DNA of 64,000 nucleotides from Eubacteriales bacterium (GTDB taxonomy: Bacteria > Bacillota > Clostridia > Oscillospirales > CAG-272). Location: contig JAZQGR010000096.1 in the NCBI GenBank assembly GCA_045540115.1, forward strand, positions 41,887 through 105,886, given 5' to 3'. The notes under the pieces are model-generated. The model did not search any database and was not told the DNA's origin. It was given only the letters and a program-made list of their open reading frames with translations. Position numbers and translations under genes: made by a program. Position 1 is the stretch's first letter; every line of letters begins with the position of its first letter. Below are positions 56,046 through 64,000 of the stretch, piece by piece.

Positions 56046-56062
56046 TAATATTCTCCGTAATT

Positions 56063-56080
56063 TGTGAATATAAATTCAGT
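56063..56080. promoter_or_regulatory. ARG box (ArgR/AhrC operator) in the argCJBD leader
   Basis: TGTGAATATAAATTCAGT fits the TNTGAATWWWWATTCANW palindrome at every defined position. Lies between the promoter and the argC start. Confidence 0.65.
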
Positions 56081-56099
56081 CGAAAACAAATATGCATAT

Positions 56100-56128
56100 A
56101 TTATACAACAATATTTATGCGGTGTCAA
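56100..56128 (-). promoter_or_regulatory. sigma-A-type promoter of argCJBD
   Basis: On the minus strand: TTGACA (56128-56123), 17-nt spacer, TATAAT (56105-56100). Confidence 0.65.
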
Positions 56129-56264
56129 GTCAGTTAATATATAAAATATATTTAAAAACCGAATTGTTTTAGTGCATAATGGTAAAACGCCGCTTGAATG
56201 TTAAAATTCAAACGACGTTAATTTGTATTTATGAATATTTATACCGCAATTATGCAATGCGATA

Positions 56265-56810
56265 TCATGTCTGAGGTGGTATTCCAAAGTCCTCGGAAAG
56301 CGGGTCACGGAACAGCTCAATCATCGGGGGATCAAAGGTAAAGTACATAAAAATAATAAGCAAGAATGTAATTATAAGTATCCCTATTATCGATTCTCGT
56401 TCACTTAAATATGCTTTAATCAGAAAAAAGTATGTAAGAGTGGATGTAAGTCCAACGCCACCGATAAACAGAAGAATATTTGCGACAAAATAATCGGTTC
56501 CAATTATACCGCTGTAAGTATAATAGCCGGCCAGCACAAAAAGCATTCCAATTAAAGTAGCAAAACCCTTTGCGCCAAAGTATCCATCGAGTTTTTTGCC
56601 AAAGGAAAAATATTCGATAAATCCTACAATGATTGACGGAATCAGAACAAGCTTAAGATGTTCCCAAATGCTTTCATTTACAGGCGCAAAAGCACCAACA
56701 ACGGTATTTCCACCGGAGTAATGAAAAGCAAAGTGCAATAGAGTCCCAAGAAGAACTGATATTAAAAATGAAATAAACAGCGTTTTTTCTACCTTTTTAT
56801 TTGCGCTCAA
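56265..56810 (-). CDS. DUF6512-like integral membrane protein
   Basis: TTG 56810 follows GGGGGTGA; the ORF track starts at 56861. PVNESIWEHLKL motif and about 5 TM helices. Confidence 0.5.
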   Translation of the reverse strand: MSANKKVEKTLFISFLISVLLGTLLHFAFHYSGGNTVVGAFAPVNESIWEHLKLVLIPSIIVGFIEYFSFGKKLDGYFGAKGFATLIGMLFVLAGYYTYSGIIGTDYFVANILLFIGGVGLTSTLTYFFLIKAYLSERESIIGILIITFLLIIFMYFTFDPPMIELFRDPLSEDFGIPPQT

Positions 56811-56859
56811 AAGATCACCCCCACGGTAAAATATATTAACCCTAGGGAATAAATATAAC

Positions 56860-56883
56860 AAAAAGCGGCATTTCTGCCGCTTT
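56860..56883 (-). terminator. rho-independent terminator of thrS
   Basis: GCGGCA / TGCCGC stem followed on the minus strand by UUUUU. Confidence 0.75.
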
Positions 56884-56893
56884 AAGTGTAATA

Positions 56894-58780
56894 TTATCTT
56901 CTTTTTTCCGCGATCTCGAGAACAAGGTCGGAAATGAACTTGTCAACGTTAACGGAACCGAGGTCGCCGTTTTTCCAAGAACGAACAGCAACAGCGTTTT
57001 CTTCCATTTCCTTATCGCCGATTATGAGCATATAAGGAGTCTTTGAAAGCTGTGCCTGGCGGATCTTGTAGCCGATCTTTTCGTAACGGTCGTCTACCTC
57101 AACACGCATTCCGAGGTCTTCCATACGCTTTGCGATCTTGTTTGTATATTCGAGATGCTCGTTTCCGATAGGAAGAAGCTTGACCTGAACGGGTGCGAGC
57201 CATGTCGGGAATGCACCTGCATACTTCTCAATAAGGTAAGCAAGCGTTCTCTCGTAGCATCCGAGCGAGGTACGGTGAATGATATACGGTGTCTTCTTCT
57301 GTCCGTCGGTATCTGTATATTCCATACCGAACTTTTCAGCAAGAAGCATGTCGATCTGAATGGTTACGATCGTATCTTCCTTGCCAAATACGTTCTTATA
57401 CTGAATATCGAGCTTCGGACCGTAGAATGCCGCTTCGTCAATTCCGATTTCATACTTAACGTCGAGCTTGTCAAGGATGTCCTTCATGACGCTTTGGGCG
57501 TTATTCCACTGCTCGGGCGTGCCCTCGTATTTTGCGGTGTTGTTAGGATCCCACTGCGAGAAGCGGAAGGTGCAGTCCTCGAGCATACCGACGGTATCGA
57601 GAACGTACTTTGCAAGCTCAAGACAGCCCTTGAATTCTTCCTCGAGCTGCTCTGGGCGAAGAACGAGGTGTCCTTCGGAGATCGTGAATTGACGGACACG
57701 GATAAGACCGTGCATCTCGCCCGAATCCTCATTACGGAAAAGGGTTGACGTCTCGCCGAAGCGCATCGGGAGCTCGCGGTAGGAACGCGGTTTGTTAAGG
57801 AATACCTGATACTGGAAAGGGCAGGTCATGGGACGGAGCGCGAAGCATTCCTTTGTTTCATCATCAGCGTCACCGAGAATGAACATGCCGTCGCGGTAGT
57901 GATCCCAGTGTCCCGAGATCTTATAAAGATCACGCTTTGCCATAAAAGGAGTCTTTGTAAGGAGGTAACCTCTCTTCTGTTCCTCGTCCTCGATCCATCT
58001 CTGAAGAAGCTGAACTACTCTTGCACCCTTCGGAAGAAGTATCGGAAGACCCTGACCGATAGTATCAACGGTTGTGAAAAGCTCAAGGTCACGTCCGAGC
58101 TTGTTATGGTCGCGCTTTCTCGCTTCTTCAACTTGCGTGAGATACTCGTTAAGAGCGTCCTTGTTAGGATAGGCAGTACCGTAAATACGCTGAAGCATCT
58201 TGTTCTGCGAATTGCCCTCCCAATACGCACCTGTGCACTGGGTAAGCTTGAATGCCTTTACAGCGCCTGTGCTGTGAAGATGGGGACCTGCACAAAGGTC
58301 GGTAAATTCACCCTGACGGTAGAAGGAAATGTCGCTACCCTCGGGGATTCTGTCGATGAGAAGCACCTTATACGGCTCGTTCTTTTCCTCCATAAGCTTC
58401 TTAGCTTCATCACGGGGAAGAGTAAAGCGCTCGATGATAAGGTTTTCCTTGACGATCTTCTTCATCTCTGCTTCGATCTTCGTAAGGATCTCGGGGGAGA
58501 AGGAAACGTCACTGTCAATGTCGTAATAGAAGCCGTTGTCAACGGACGGCCCAATGGTAAGCTTCGCCTCGGGGTAAAGACGCTTTACCGCCTGTGCAAG
58601 TATATGAGAAGCGGTGTGCCAGAAGACCTCCTTGCCTTCCTTGCTCTCGAAGGTAACAGGAGTAACCTCGCAGTCGCCGATCTCGGTAGAAAGACCGATC
58701 ACGGTGTCACCGCATTTTGCCGCGAGAACTTCACGGCTCATAAGCTCTTTTTCTTTCAAAAATTCATAAGCAGTTTTCAT
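56894..58780 (-). CDS. thrS: threonine--tRNA ligase
   Basis: ATG 58780 follows GGAGGG. TGS, editing and class-II catalytic domains (FRNEDSGEMHGLIRVRQFT, HRTSLGCYERTLAYLIE). Confidence 0.95.
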   Translation of the reverse strand: MKTAYEFLKEKELMSREVLAAKCGDTVIGLSTEIGDCEVTPVTFESKEGKEVFWHTASHILAQAVKRLYPEAKLTIGPSVDNGFYYDIDSDVSFSPEILTKIEAEMKKIVKENLIIERFTLPRDEAKKLMEEKNEPYKVLLIDRIPEGSDISFYRQGEFTDLCAGPHLHSTGAVKAFKLTQCTGAYWEGNSQNKMLQRIYGTAYPNKDALNEYLTQVEEARKRDHNKLGRDLELFTTVDTIGQGLPILLPKGARVVQLLQRWIEDEEQKRGYLLTKTPFMAKRDLYKISGHWDHYRDGMFILGDADDETKECFALRPMTCPFQYQVFLNKPRSYRELPMRFGETSTLFRNEDSGEMHGLIRVRQFTISEGHLVLRPEQLEEEFKGCLELAKYVLDTVGMLEDCTFRFSQWDPNNTAKYEGTPEQWNNAQSVMKDILDKLDVKYEIGIDEAAFYGPKLDIQYKNVFGKEDTIVTIQIDMLLAEKFGMEYTDTDGQKKTPYIIHRTSLGCYERTLAYLIEKYAGAFPTWLAPVQVKLLPIGNEHLEYTNKIAKRMEDLGMRVEVDDRYEKIGYKIRQAQLSKTPYMLIIGDKEMEENAVAVRSWKNGDLGSVNVDKFISDLVLEIAEKRR

Positions 58781-58794
58781 ATAAAAACCCTCCA

Positions 58795-59003
58795 AAAATA
58801 AGATAACACCCCGAACAATAATCTGTTCGGGGTGTGGAAATTACAAGAATTACCGCACGGTTCCACCCAATACTTTAACTCATTTGTGTTCGGTTGTGTC
58901 ACGGCGGTGGTACCTTATATACGCTGCCGACGCAGTTTTCAGCTACTCTGCGCTCTCTGTACGGTGCATTTACATAAGACGTGTCCGTCGAGGTATTTCT
59001 ACA
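58795..59003 (-). promoter_or_regulatory. T-box riboswitch leader, Thr (ACC specifier)
   Basis: On the minus strand: CAGAGAG box, GGUACCACCGCC candidate specifier region (ACC at 58911-58909 or 58908-58906), T-box core TGGGTGGAACCGTGCGG (fwd 58853-58869). Terminator CACCCCGAACA...TGTTCGGGGTG (58807-58834) plus U-run. Confidence 0.88.
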
Positions 59004-59009
59004 TAACCA

Positions 59010-59038
59010 ATTTTAACATCAAAACATTATTTTGTCAA
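59010..59038 (-). promoter_or_regulatory. sigma-A-type promoter of the thrS leader
   Basis: On the minus strand: TTGACA (59038-59033), 17-nt spacer, TAAAAT (59015-59010). Confidence 0.65.
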
Positions 59039-59072
59039 GCACTTTTTTGATAACCTTTCTTTATTATTAATA

Positions 59073-59101
59073 TTGACAAATATTTTAACATTTGGTATAA
59101 T
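59073..59101 (+). promoter_or_regulatory. sigma-A-type promoter (extended -10) of alaS
   Basis: TTGACA 59073-59078, 17-nt spacer ending in TGG, TATAAT 59096-59101. Confidence 0.65.
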
Positions 59102-59143
59102 TGTTAAGTTAATAAAATGTATTTCCTTATTGGAGGTTTCACA

Positions 59144-61774
59144 ATGAAGTGGACTGGCTTAAATGAACTTCGCGAAAAGTATCTTTCTTTCTTTGAAAGC
59201 AAGGGACATCTTCGCCACAAGAGTTATCCTCTTGTACCGATAAACGATAAATCAATTCTTTTAATAAACGCGGGCATGACTCCCCTTAAAAAGTATTTTA
59301 CCGGTGAGCTTGAACCGCCTCGCCACAGAATGACTACCTGTCAGAAGTGTATCCGCACTCCTGATATTGAGCGCGTCGGAATTACGGCGCGTCACGGTAC
59401 ATTCTTCGAAATGCTTGGAAATTTCTCGTTCGGTGATTATTTCAAGAGAGAGGCGATAACATGGGCTTGGGAATTTATTACCGAGGTGCTTGAGCTTCCT
59501 AAGGACCGTCTATGGGTTACTATTTATCTTGACGATGACGAGGCATACGACATTTGGGCAAATGAGATCGGTGTAGATCCTGCTCATATCGTCCGTCTTG
59601 GTAAAGAAGATAATTTCTGGGAGCACGGTTCCGGTCCTTGCGGCCCCTGCTCCGAGATCCATTTTGATCGCGGTCCCGAGTACGGTTGCGGCTCCCCCGA
59701 CTGTAAGCCCGGATGCGATTGCGATCGTTTTATGGAGTTCTGGAACCTCGTTTTCACTCAGTTCGATAACGACGGTAACAATAACTATACTCGCCTCGCA
59801 AAACCCAATATCGACACCGGTATGGGACTTGAGCGTCTTGCTTGCCTTATGCAGGGCGTAAACAATCTTTTCGAGGTTGACACTGTACGCAATATAATGA
59901 AAGCGGTAGAGGATGCCGCTAACGTTAAGTATAGCGATAATGAAAAGAACGATATTTCGCTTCGCGTTATTACCGACCATATACGTTCATCGAGCTTCAT
60001 GATCTGCGACGGCGTTCATCCTTCGAATACAGGACGCGGATATGTTCTAAGAAGACTTCTTCGCCGTGCCGCACGACACGGAAGAATGCTCGGTATTTCC
60101 GGCACGTTCCTTTCCGATATATGCGAGGTAGTTGCAAGGGAGAATATTTCCGAGTATCCCGAGCTTACCGAGAAGCTTGACTTTATCAAGAGAGTTATCG
60201 AAAACGAGGAAAAGGCGTTTGCCGCTACTATTGACGCGGGTCTTTCTATTCTCTCTAACCTTATTCGTAAGGCAATCGAGGACGGCATGAAGGTTCTTTC
60301 CGGAGATGACGTTTTCCGTCTTTACGATACGTACGGCTTCCCGCTTGACCTTACTCGCGAGATTGCCGAGGAGCACAAGCTTGAGATCGATGAGGAATCA
60401 TTTAAAAACTTCCTTAACGCTCAGAAGCAGCGTTCCAAGGACGCAAGATCCAATATCTCCGGCTGGAGTGACGCTTCTAAGTCAGTAATCACCGCATTTG
60501 ATAAGACCGATTTCTGTGGATACGATAATACCTCTTGCGAGGCAAAGGTCATCGCAATTCTTGATGGCGACGAGTCTGTAGACGAGATCACAGAGGGCGA
60601 ATTTACTCTTATTACTGATAAGACCGTATTCTACGGAGAGGGTGGCGGTCAGGTTGGTGATACCGGTATTATCTATGATGATGATACCGTTATTACAGTA
60701 ACTGATACCAAAAAGGTTGACGGCGTTTATATTCACTTATGTTCTCTTGCGAAGGGTGACGTTAAGGTCGGCGATATCGTAAAGCTTGAAATCAACATTG
60801 AAAGACGTGTTTCGATAATGAGAAACCACTCGGCTTGCCACATGCTTCAGGCGGCTCTTCGTCAGGTGCTCGGCAATCACGTTGAGCAGGCAGGCTCTTA
60901 CGTTGATGAAAGTAGAGTTCGCTTTGACTTTACACACTTTGCGGCTCTTACCGATAAGGAGCTTATTGAGGTTGAGGCACTTGTAAACTACCATATTCTT
61001 CTGGGCGAGACCATCAATACTGTTGAGACAGATATTGAAACCGCTAAAAAAGAAGGCGCAATGGCGCTCTTCGGCGAGAAGTACGGCAGTACCGTCCGCA
61101 TGGTCAAGATGGGCAACTTCTCAACAGAGCTTTGCGGTGGTACTCACCTCGACAATACCGGTAAGGCAGGTCTTTTTAAGATCATTTCCGAAACTTCGGT
61201 TGCTGCAGGCGTGCGAAGAATCGAAGGAACGACTGGCCTTGGAGTCCTTGCACTCCTTGCAGAGAAGGATAACCTGATAGGCGACACCGCTAAAGAACTC
61301 AAGGTTGGCAACCCTCTCGACCTTCCTAAGAAGGTTGTTCAGCTTCAGTCTGAGCTGAAGGCGGCTAAGAGCGAGATAGAATCGCTCAACAGCAAGCTCG
61401 CTGCGGGTCAGACTGATGCTATCAAGTCAGGTATGAAGACCGTCAACGGTATCAATCTTATCGTTCACACGCTTAAGGATGCTGCTCCCGATATGCCGAG
61501 AAGCATCTGCGACGAGCTTAAGGCGAGTGATGATGACGTCGTTGCGGTAATTGCACTTGTTAACGGCGACAAGCTCACTTTCAGTGCTTGCTGCGGTAAA
61601 AACGCGGTAGCTAAGGGAGCACACGCCGGAATGATTCTTAAAAACGTAAGCGCGATCTGTAACGGTGGCGGTGGCGGCCGTCCCGACAGTGCTTCGTCAG
61701 GCGGTAAGGACATTTCAAAGCTTGATGATGCACTTAATGCCGTTGAAGCGATCCTCCTTTCTCAGCTTAAATAA
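59144..61774 (+). CDS. alaS: alanine--tRNA ligase
   Basis: ATG 59144 follows GGAGG. Class-II AlaRS (FFEMLGNFSFGDYFK), editing-domain HxxxH...CGGTH (HSACHML ... CGGTHL), C-terminal DHHA1. Confidence 0.95.
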   Translation: MKWTGLNELREKYLSFFESKGHLRHKSYPLVPINDKSILLINAGMTPLKKYFTGELEPPRHRMTTCQKCIRTPDIERVGITARHGTFFEMLGNFSFGDYFKREAITWAWEFITEVLELPKDRLWVTIYLDDDEAYDIWANEIGVDPAHIVRLGKEDNFWEHGSGPCGPCSEIHFDRGPEYGCGSPDCKPGCDCDRFMEFWNLVFTQFDNDGNNNYTRLAKPNIDTGMGLERLACLMQGVNNLFEVDTVRNIMKAVEDAANVKYSDNEKNDISLRVITDHIRSSSFMICDGVHPSNTGRGYVLRRLLRRAARHGRMLGISGTFLSDICEVVARENISEYPELTEKLDFIKRVIENEEKAFAATIDAGLSILSNLIRKAIEDGMKVLSGDDVFRLYDTYGFPLDLTREIAEEHKLEIDEESFKNFLNAQKQRSKDARSNISGWSDASKSVITAFDKTDFCGYDNTSCEAKVIAILDGDESVDEITEGEFTLITDKTVFYGEGGGQVGDTGIIYDDDTVITVTDTKKVDGVYIHLCSLAKGDVKVGDIVKLEINIERRVSIMRNHSACHMLQAALRQVLGNHVEQAGSYVDESRVRFDFTHFAALTDKELIEVEALVNYHILLGETINTVETDIETAKKEGAMALFGEKYGSTVRMVKMGNFSTELCGGTHLDNTGKAGLFKIISETSVAAGVRRIEGTTGLGVLALLAEKDNLIGDTAKELKVGNPLDLPKKVVQLQSELKAAKSEIESLNSKLAAGQTDAIKSGMKTVNGINLIVHTLKDAAPDMPRSICDELKASDDDVVAVIALVNGDKLTFSACCGKNAVAKGAHAGMILKNVSAICNGGGGGRPDSASSGGKDISKLDDALNAVEAILLSQLK

Positions 61775-61784
61775 TCTTTCATTT

Positions 61785-61813
61785 GAACACCGTCTGTTGA
61801 CGGTGTTCTTTTT
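61785..61813 (+). terminator. rho-independent terminator after alaS
   Basis: GAACACCGTC / GACGGTGTTC stem followed by TTTTT. Confidence 0.85.
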
Positions 61814-61912
61814 ATATAAATTATGAATAATTCTTGACAAATTCACTACTTTGTTATACAATATAGTGGTACTATGTAGCGCAAGGTATTAAATCGGGAA
61901 AGGAGGAAGGCC

Positions 61913-62242
61913 ATGACATTTGACAAATCACAACTGATGCGCGGAACTCTCGAGGGATGCATCCTTAAGATCATAAGCGAAAAAACCACTTATGGATATG
62001 AGATACTTCTTCGCCTTAAACATAAGGGCTTTTCCGATATTTCCGAGGGAACCATTTACCCTCTCTTGCTCCGCCTCGAGAAGCAGGGAAATATTGTATC
62101 AAAGCTTCTGCCTTCTCCGCTTGGTCCTAAAAGGAAATATTATTCGATAACAGATGAAGGAACAAGATATCTTGAATCATTCATCAATGCATGGGCGCAG
62201 ATATCTGATTCAGTAGCAGTAATTATAGGAAGAGAGGGTTGA
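61913..62242 (+). CDS. PadR family transcriptional regulator
   Basis: 109 aa winged helix. GCILKIISEKTTYGYEIL ... GTIYPLLLRLEKQGNIVS ... KRKYYSITDEG. Confidence 0.9.
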   Translation: MTFDKSQLMRGTLEGCILKIISEKTTYGYEILLRLKHKGFSDISEGTIYPLLLRLEKQGNIVSKLLPSPLGPKRKYYSITDEGTRYLESFINAWAQISDSVAVIIGREG

Positions 62243-62245
62243 CTA

Positions 62246-62923
62246 ATGAAAAAAGAATTAAAAAGCTCATGGCGCGTTCTCACCAAAGAAAATAAAAAGA
62301 TAATTATGAAGATAGCTCACTATCTTGAAAGCAGATACATAAATCAGGTTGCAGGTGAAGAAATCTTTTCCGATATAGTCGGAATGGCACTTGAGTGTCA
62401 GGAGCGAGGCGATTCCTTTGCCGATATGATCGGCTCCGATCACGAGGCTTTTTGCCGTGAACTAATACGAAACTCGCCTCGTCAGCATATTCATGAAAGG
62501 GTTCTCCATGTTCTTCATTGGGTTCTGCTTTTTGCAACGTTCCTGCTTCCGGGACTATTTATTGTCGAATTTTTTATGCCGCATTATTTTCCCGGACATG
62601 TCGATCGACTGATATTTACTGTAAAGCTGTCGTATATACTCAAGTACTATATAATAATGTTGGTTCTTGTAATTGGTTGGTTCGTTGTTCGTATGCATAC
62701 GTACAAGCCGACGGAATATGTATTGGGAACTTATTTTGCTGTATTTATGTTATTTTTCTTATTTACTGACGGAGTTCTCGCATTCATTATGAACGATACT
62801 ATCCTGAACATCAATATTATAATCTGGACAATAGTTGTAGCGATATTGCTTGTAATTTGTGACCTTACCAGACGTGTTATCGCAATGAGCATTGCCTACG
62901 CTAAGAATAAATCAAACAAATAA
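62246..62923 (+). CDS. PadR-associated membrane protein, unknown function
   Basis: 225 aa with a soluble N-terminal helical domain, then 4-5 TM helices. Starts 3 nt after padR. Confidence 0.5.
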   Translation: MKKELKSSWRVLTKENKKIIMKIAHYLESRYINQVAGEEIFSDIVGMALECQERGDSFADMIGSDHEAFCRELIRNSPRQHIHERVLHVLHWVLLFATFLLPGLFIVEFFMPHYFPGHVDRLIFTVKLSYILKYYIIMLVLVIGWFVVRMHTYKPTEYVLGTYFAVFMLFFLFTDGVLAFIMNDTILNINIIIWTIVVAILLVICDLTRRVIAMSIAYAKNKSNK

Positions 62924-62938
62924 AGAGGTACGACCACT

Positions 62939-63820
62939 ATGGAACAAAGAAAGCGCCTTAGAGGTGACAGAAAAGACGGATATCTTGTCCGCGACATCGA
63001 CTCAATGCACGCACTTGCCCCCTACATGCTACCCAATCGCGCCGATAACGAGGCATTCCTTACTGAAACCTTCGATATGACTAACGTTATCGATTACATT
63101 AATGAAAAGAATGCAAATAATCCTGAGTTTAAATATACGTTTTTTCACTTCTTGGTCGCGGCAATCGCAAAGACAATAGTTTTAAGACCGAAGATGAACC
63201 GCTTTTACTCCGGACACCGTCTATACGATAGAAAGGATCTTCTTTTCTCGTTCGTCGTGAAGAAGCAGTTTTCAGATAACGCCGAGGAGGTCCTTGCTAC
63301 CATCAAGGTTGACCCTGATTCTGATGTTCCTCCTATCGAGCAGGTATATGAGAAGGTAAAGAAGATAGTTTTCAGCGTTCGTAAGGAAAAGAAGACTGAT
63401 TCAACTACTGAAAAAATGGATATACTCCTTAAAATACCGCGCCCGATACTCAGGCTGGCTATAAAGGTACTTCGCTGGCTAGAATATCATGGAAAATATC
63501 CCAAGTCTCTTATGTGCGACGATCCGTACTACTCATCCGTATTCCTTTCAAACCTTGGAAGCATTAAAATGAGCGCTGATTACCATCATCTTGCAAACTG
63601 GGGAACAAATTCAATTTTCGGTATTATTGGCGAAATGAAGCCGATGCCTTTCTACGGTGCTGACGGAAGTGTCTCTGTTAAGCCGGGCTTGAATATCAGC
63701 CTTACAATCGATGAAAGAATCGCTGACGGATTCTATTTTGCAAACAGCATTAAGATTCTCAGAAAAATAATTGAAACACCCGAGCTCATTGACGAGCCCA
63801 TTAATAACCCCGTAGATTAA
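62939..63820 (+). CDS. stand-alone 2-oxoacid-dehydrogenase-E2-like acyltransferase catalytic domain (CAT-like fold)
   Basis: 293 aa with no lipoyl or subunit-binding domains. The C-terminal motif region reads SLTIDERIADGFYF, where E2 enzymes have DHRxxDG. Confidence 0.7.
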   Translation: MEQRKRLRGDRKDGYLVRDIDSMHALAPYMLPNRADNEAFLTETFDMTNVIDYINEKNANNPEFKYTFFHFLVAAIAKTIVLRPKMNRFYSGHRLYDRKDLLFSFVVKKQFSDNAEEVLATIKVDPDSDVPPIEQVYEKVKKIVFSVRKEKKTDSTTEKMDILLKIPRPILRLAIKVLRWLEYHGKYPKSLMCDDPYYSSVFLSNLGSIKMSADYHHLANWGTNSIFGIIGEMKPMPFYGADGSVSVKPGLNISLTIDERIADGFYFANSIKILRKIIETPELIDEPINNPVD

Positions 63821-63831
63821 AGGAGATAAAA

Positions 63832-64000
63832 ATGGAAAACGTAAAAGCACCTTGGCTTGATAATTATGGAGACGTTCCGCATACACTTGAATATAAGCAG
63901 GGAAGTATGTGGGAAGCTGTTCTTGATATTGCAAAGGATTATCCCGACTATATCTCCTTTGTTTTCATGGGAAAAAAGACAAAGTATAAGGACTTTGCGA
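63832..64000 (+). CDS. AMP-dependent synthetase/ligase (acyl-CoA ligase-like), N-terminal fragment running off the window
   Basis: ATG 63832 follows AGGAG. MENVKAPWLDNYGDVPHTLEYKQGSMWEAVLDIAKDYPDYISFVFMGKKTKYKDF resembles the N-termini of long-chain fatty-acid--CoA ligases. Confidence 0.55.
   Translation, partial: MENVKAPWLDNYGDVPHTLEYKQGSMWEAVLDIAKDYPDYISFVFMGKKTKYKDFA

Noticed and set aside
56091-56108. Second ARG box overlapping the arg promoter -10 (TATGCATATATTATACAA).
   Set aside because: It matches only about 11 of 16 defined consensus positions. It is too weak to call without a position-weight matrix.
57155-58801. 197-aa and 300-aa plus-strand ORFs antisense to thrS.
   Set aside because: The 300-aa ORF (57899-58801) is codon-aligned with thrS, the same shadow effect as above; I did not verify the alignment for the 197-aa ORF. 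The thrS product is full-length and canonical.

Overview
This 64-kb window reads as core chromosome of a low-to-moderate-GC Firmicute. A Clostridia, Ruminococcus/Oscillospiraceae-like source is my inference from CIRCE, T-box leaders, spoVA genes, a HydABC-type hydrogenase and a dockerin-bearing protein. I ran no database search.

About 60 genes are densely packed, and nearly all are recognisable housekeeping functions:
- birA and galT
- spoVAD-spoVAE
- a GH109-like oxidoreductase with a divergent AraC regulator
- ligA-obg
- CIRCE-controlled groES-groEL
- a heterodimeric ABC exporter pair
- a complete 10-gene his operon led by a TrpR/YerC-like gene
- cca
- a trimeric [FeFe] hydrogenase operon (hydC-hydB-hydA)
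- T-box-controlled pheST and thrS, plus alaS
- SRP RNA-dnaX-ybaB-recR
- trmO, rplS and nrdR
- argCJBD with an ARG box
- a PadR module
- an E2-like acyltransferase next to an acyl-CoA-ligase-like gene

I found no tRNA or rRNA genes, CRISPR arrays, transposases, integrases or phage genes. I also found no convincing multi-gene novel system such as a defence island.

The points most worth a second look are:
1. A 4.3-kb gene for a secreted M23 peptidase carrying adhesin-type modules and a C-terminal dockerin.
2. HydA reading TSCSPGW where the canonical H-cluster motif is TSCCPxW, which puts Ser at the position of a [4Fe-4S] Cys ligand.
3. A YerC/TrpR-like putative HisR with an inverted repeat inside its own promoter.
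4. A DUF3006-like ORF with no canonical start codon anywhere in its frame.
5. A roughly 190-nt rod-shaped SRP RNA that ends in a terminator-like helix 24 nt before dnaX.
6. A stand-alone E2-like acyltransferase with Glu in place of the catalytic His.

Many very long antisense ORFs in the track are codon-aligned shadows of strongly biased genes, and I rejected them. RNA ends and promoter calls are approximate and were made by eye.
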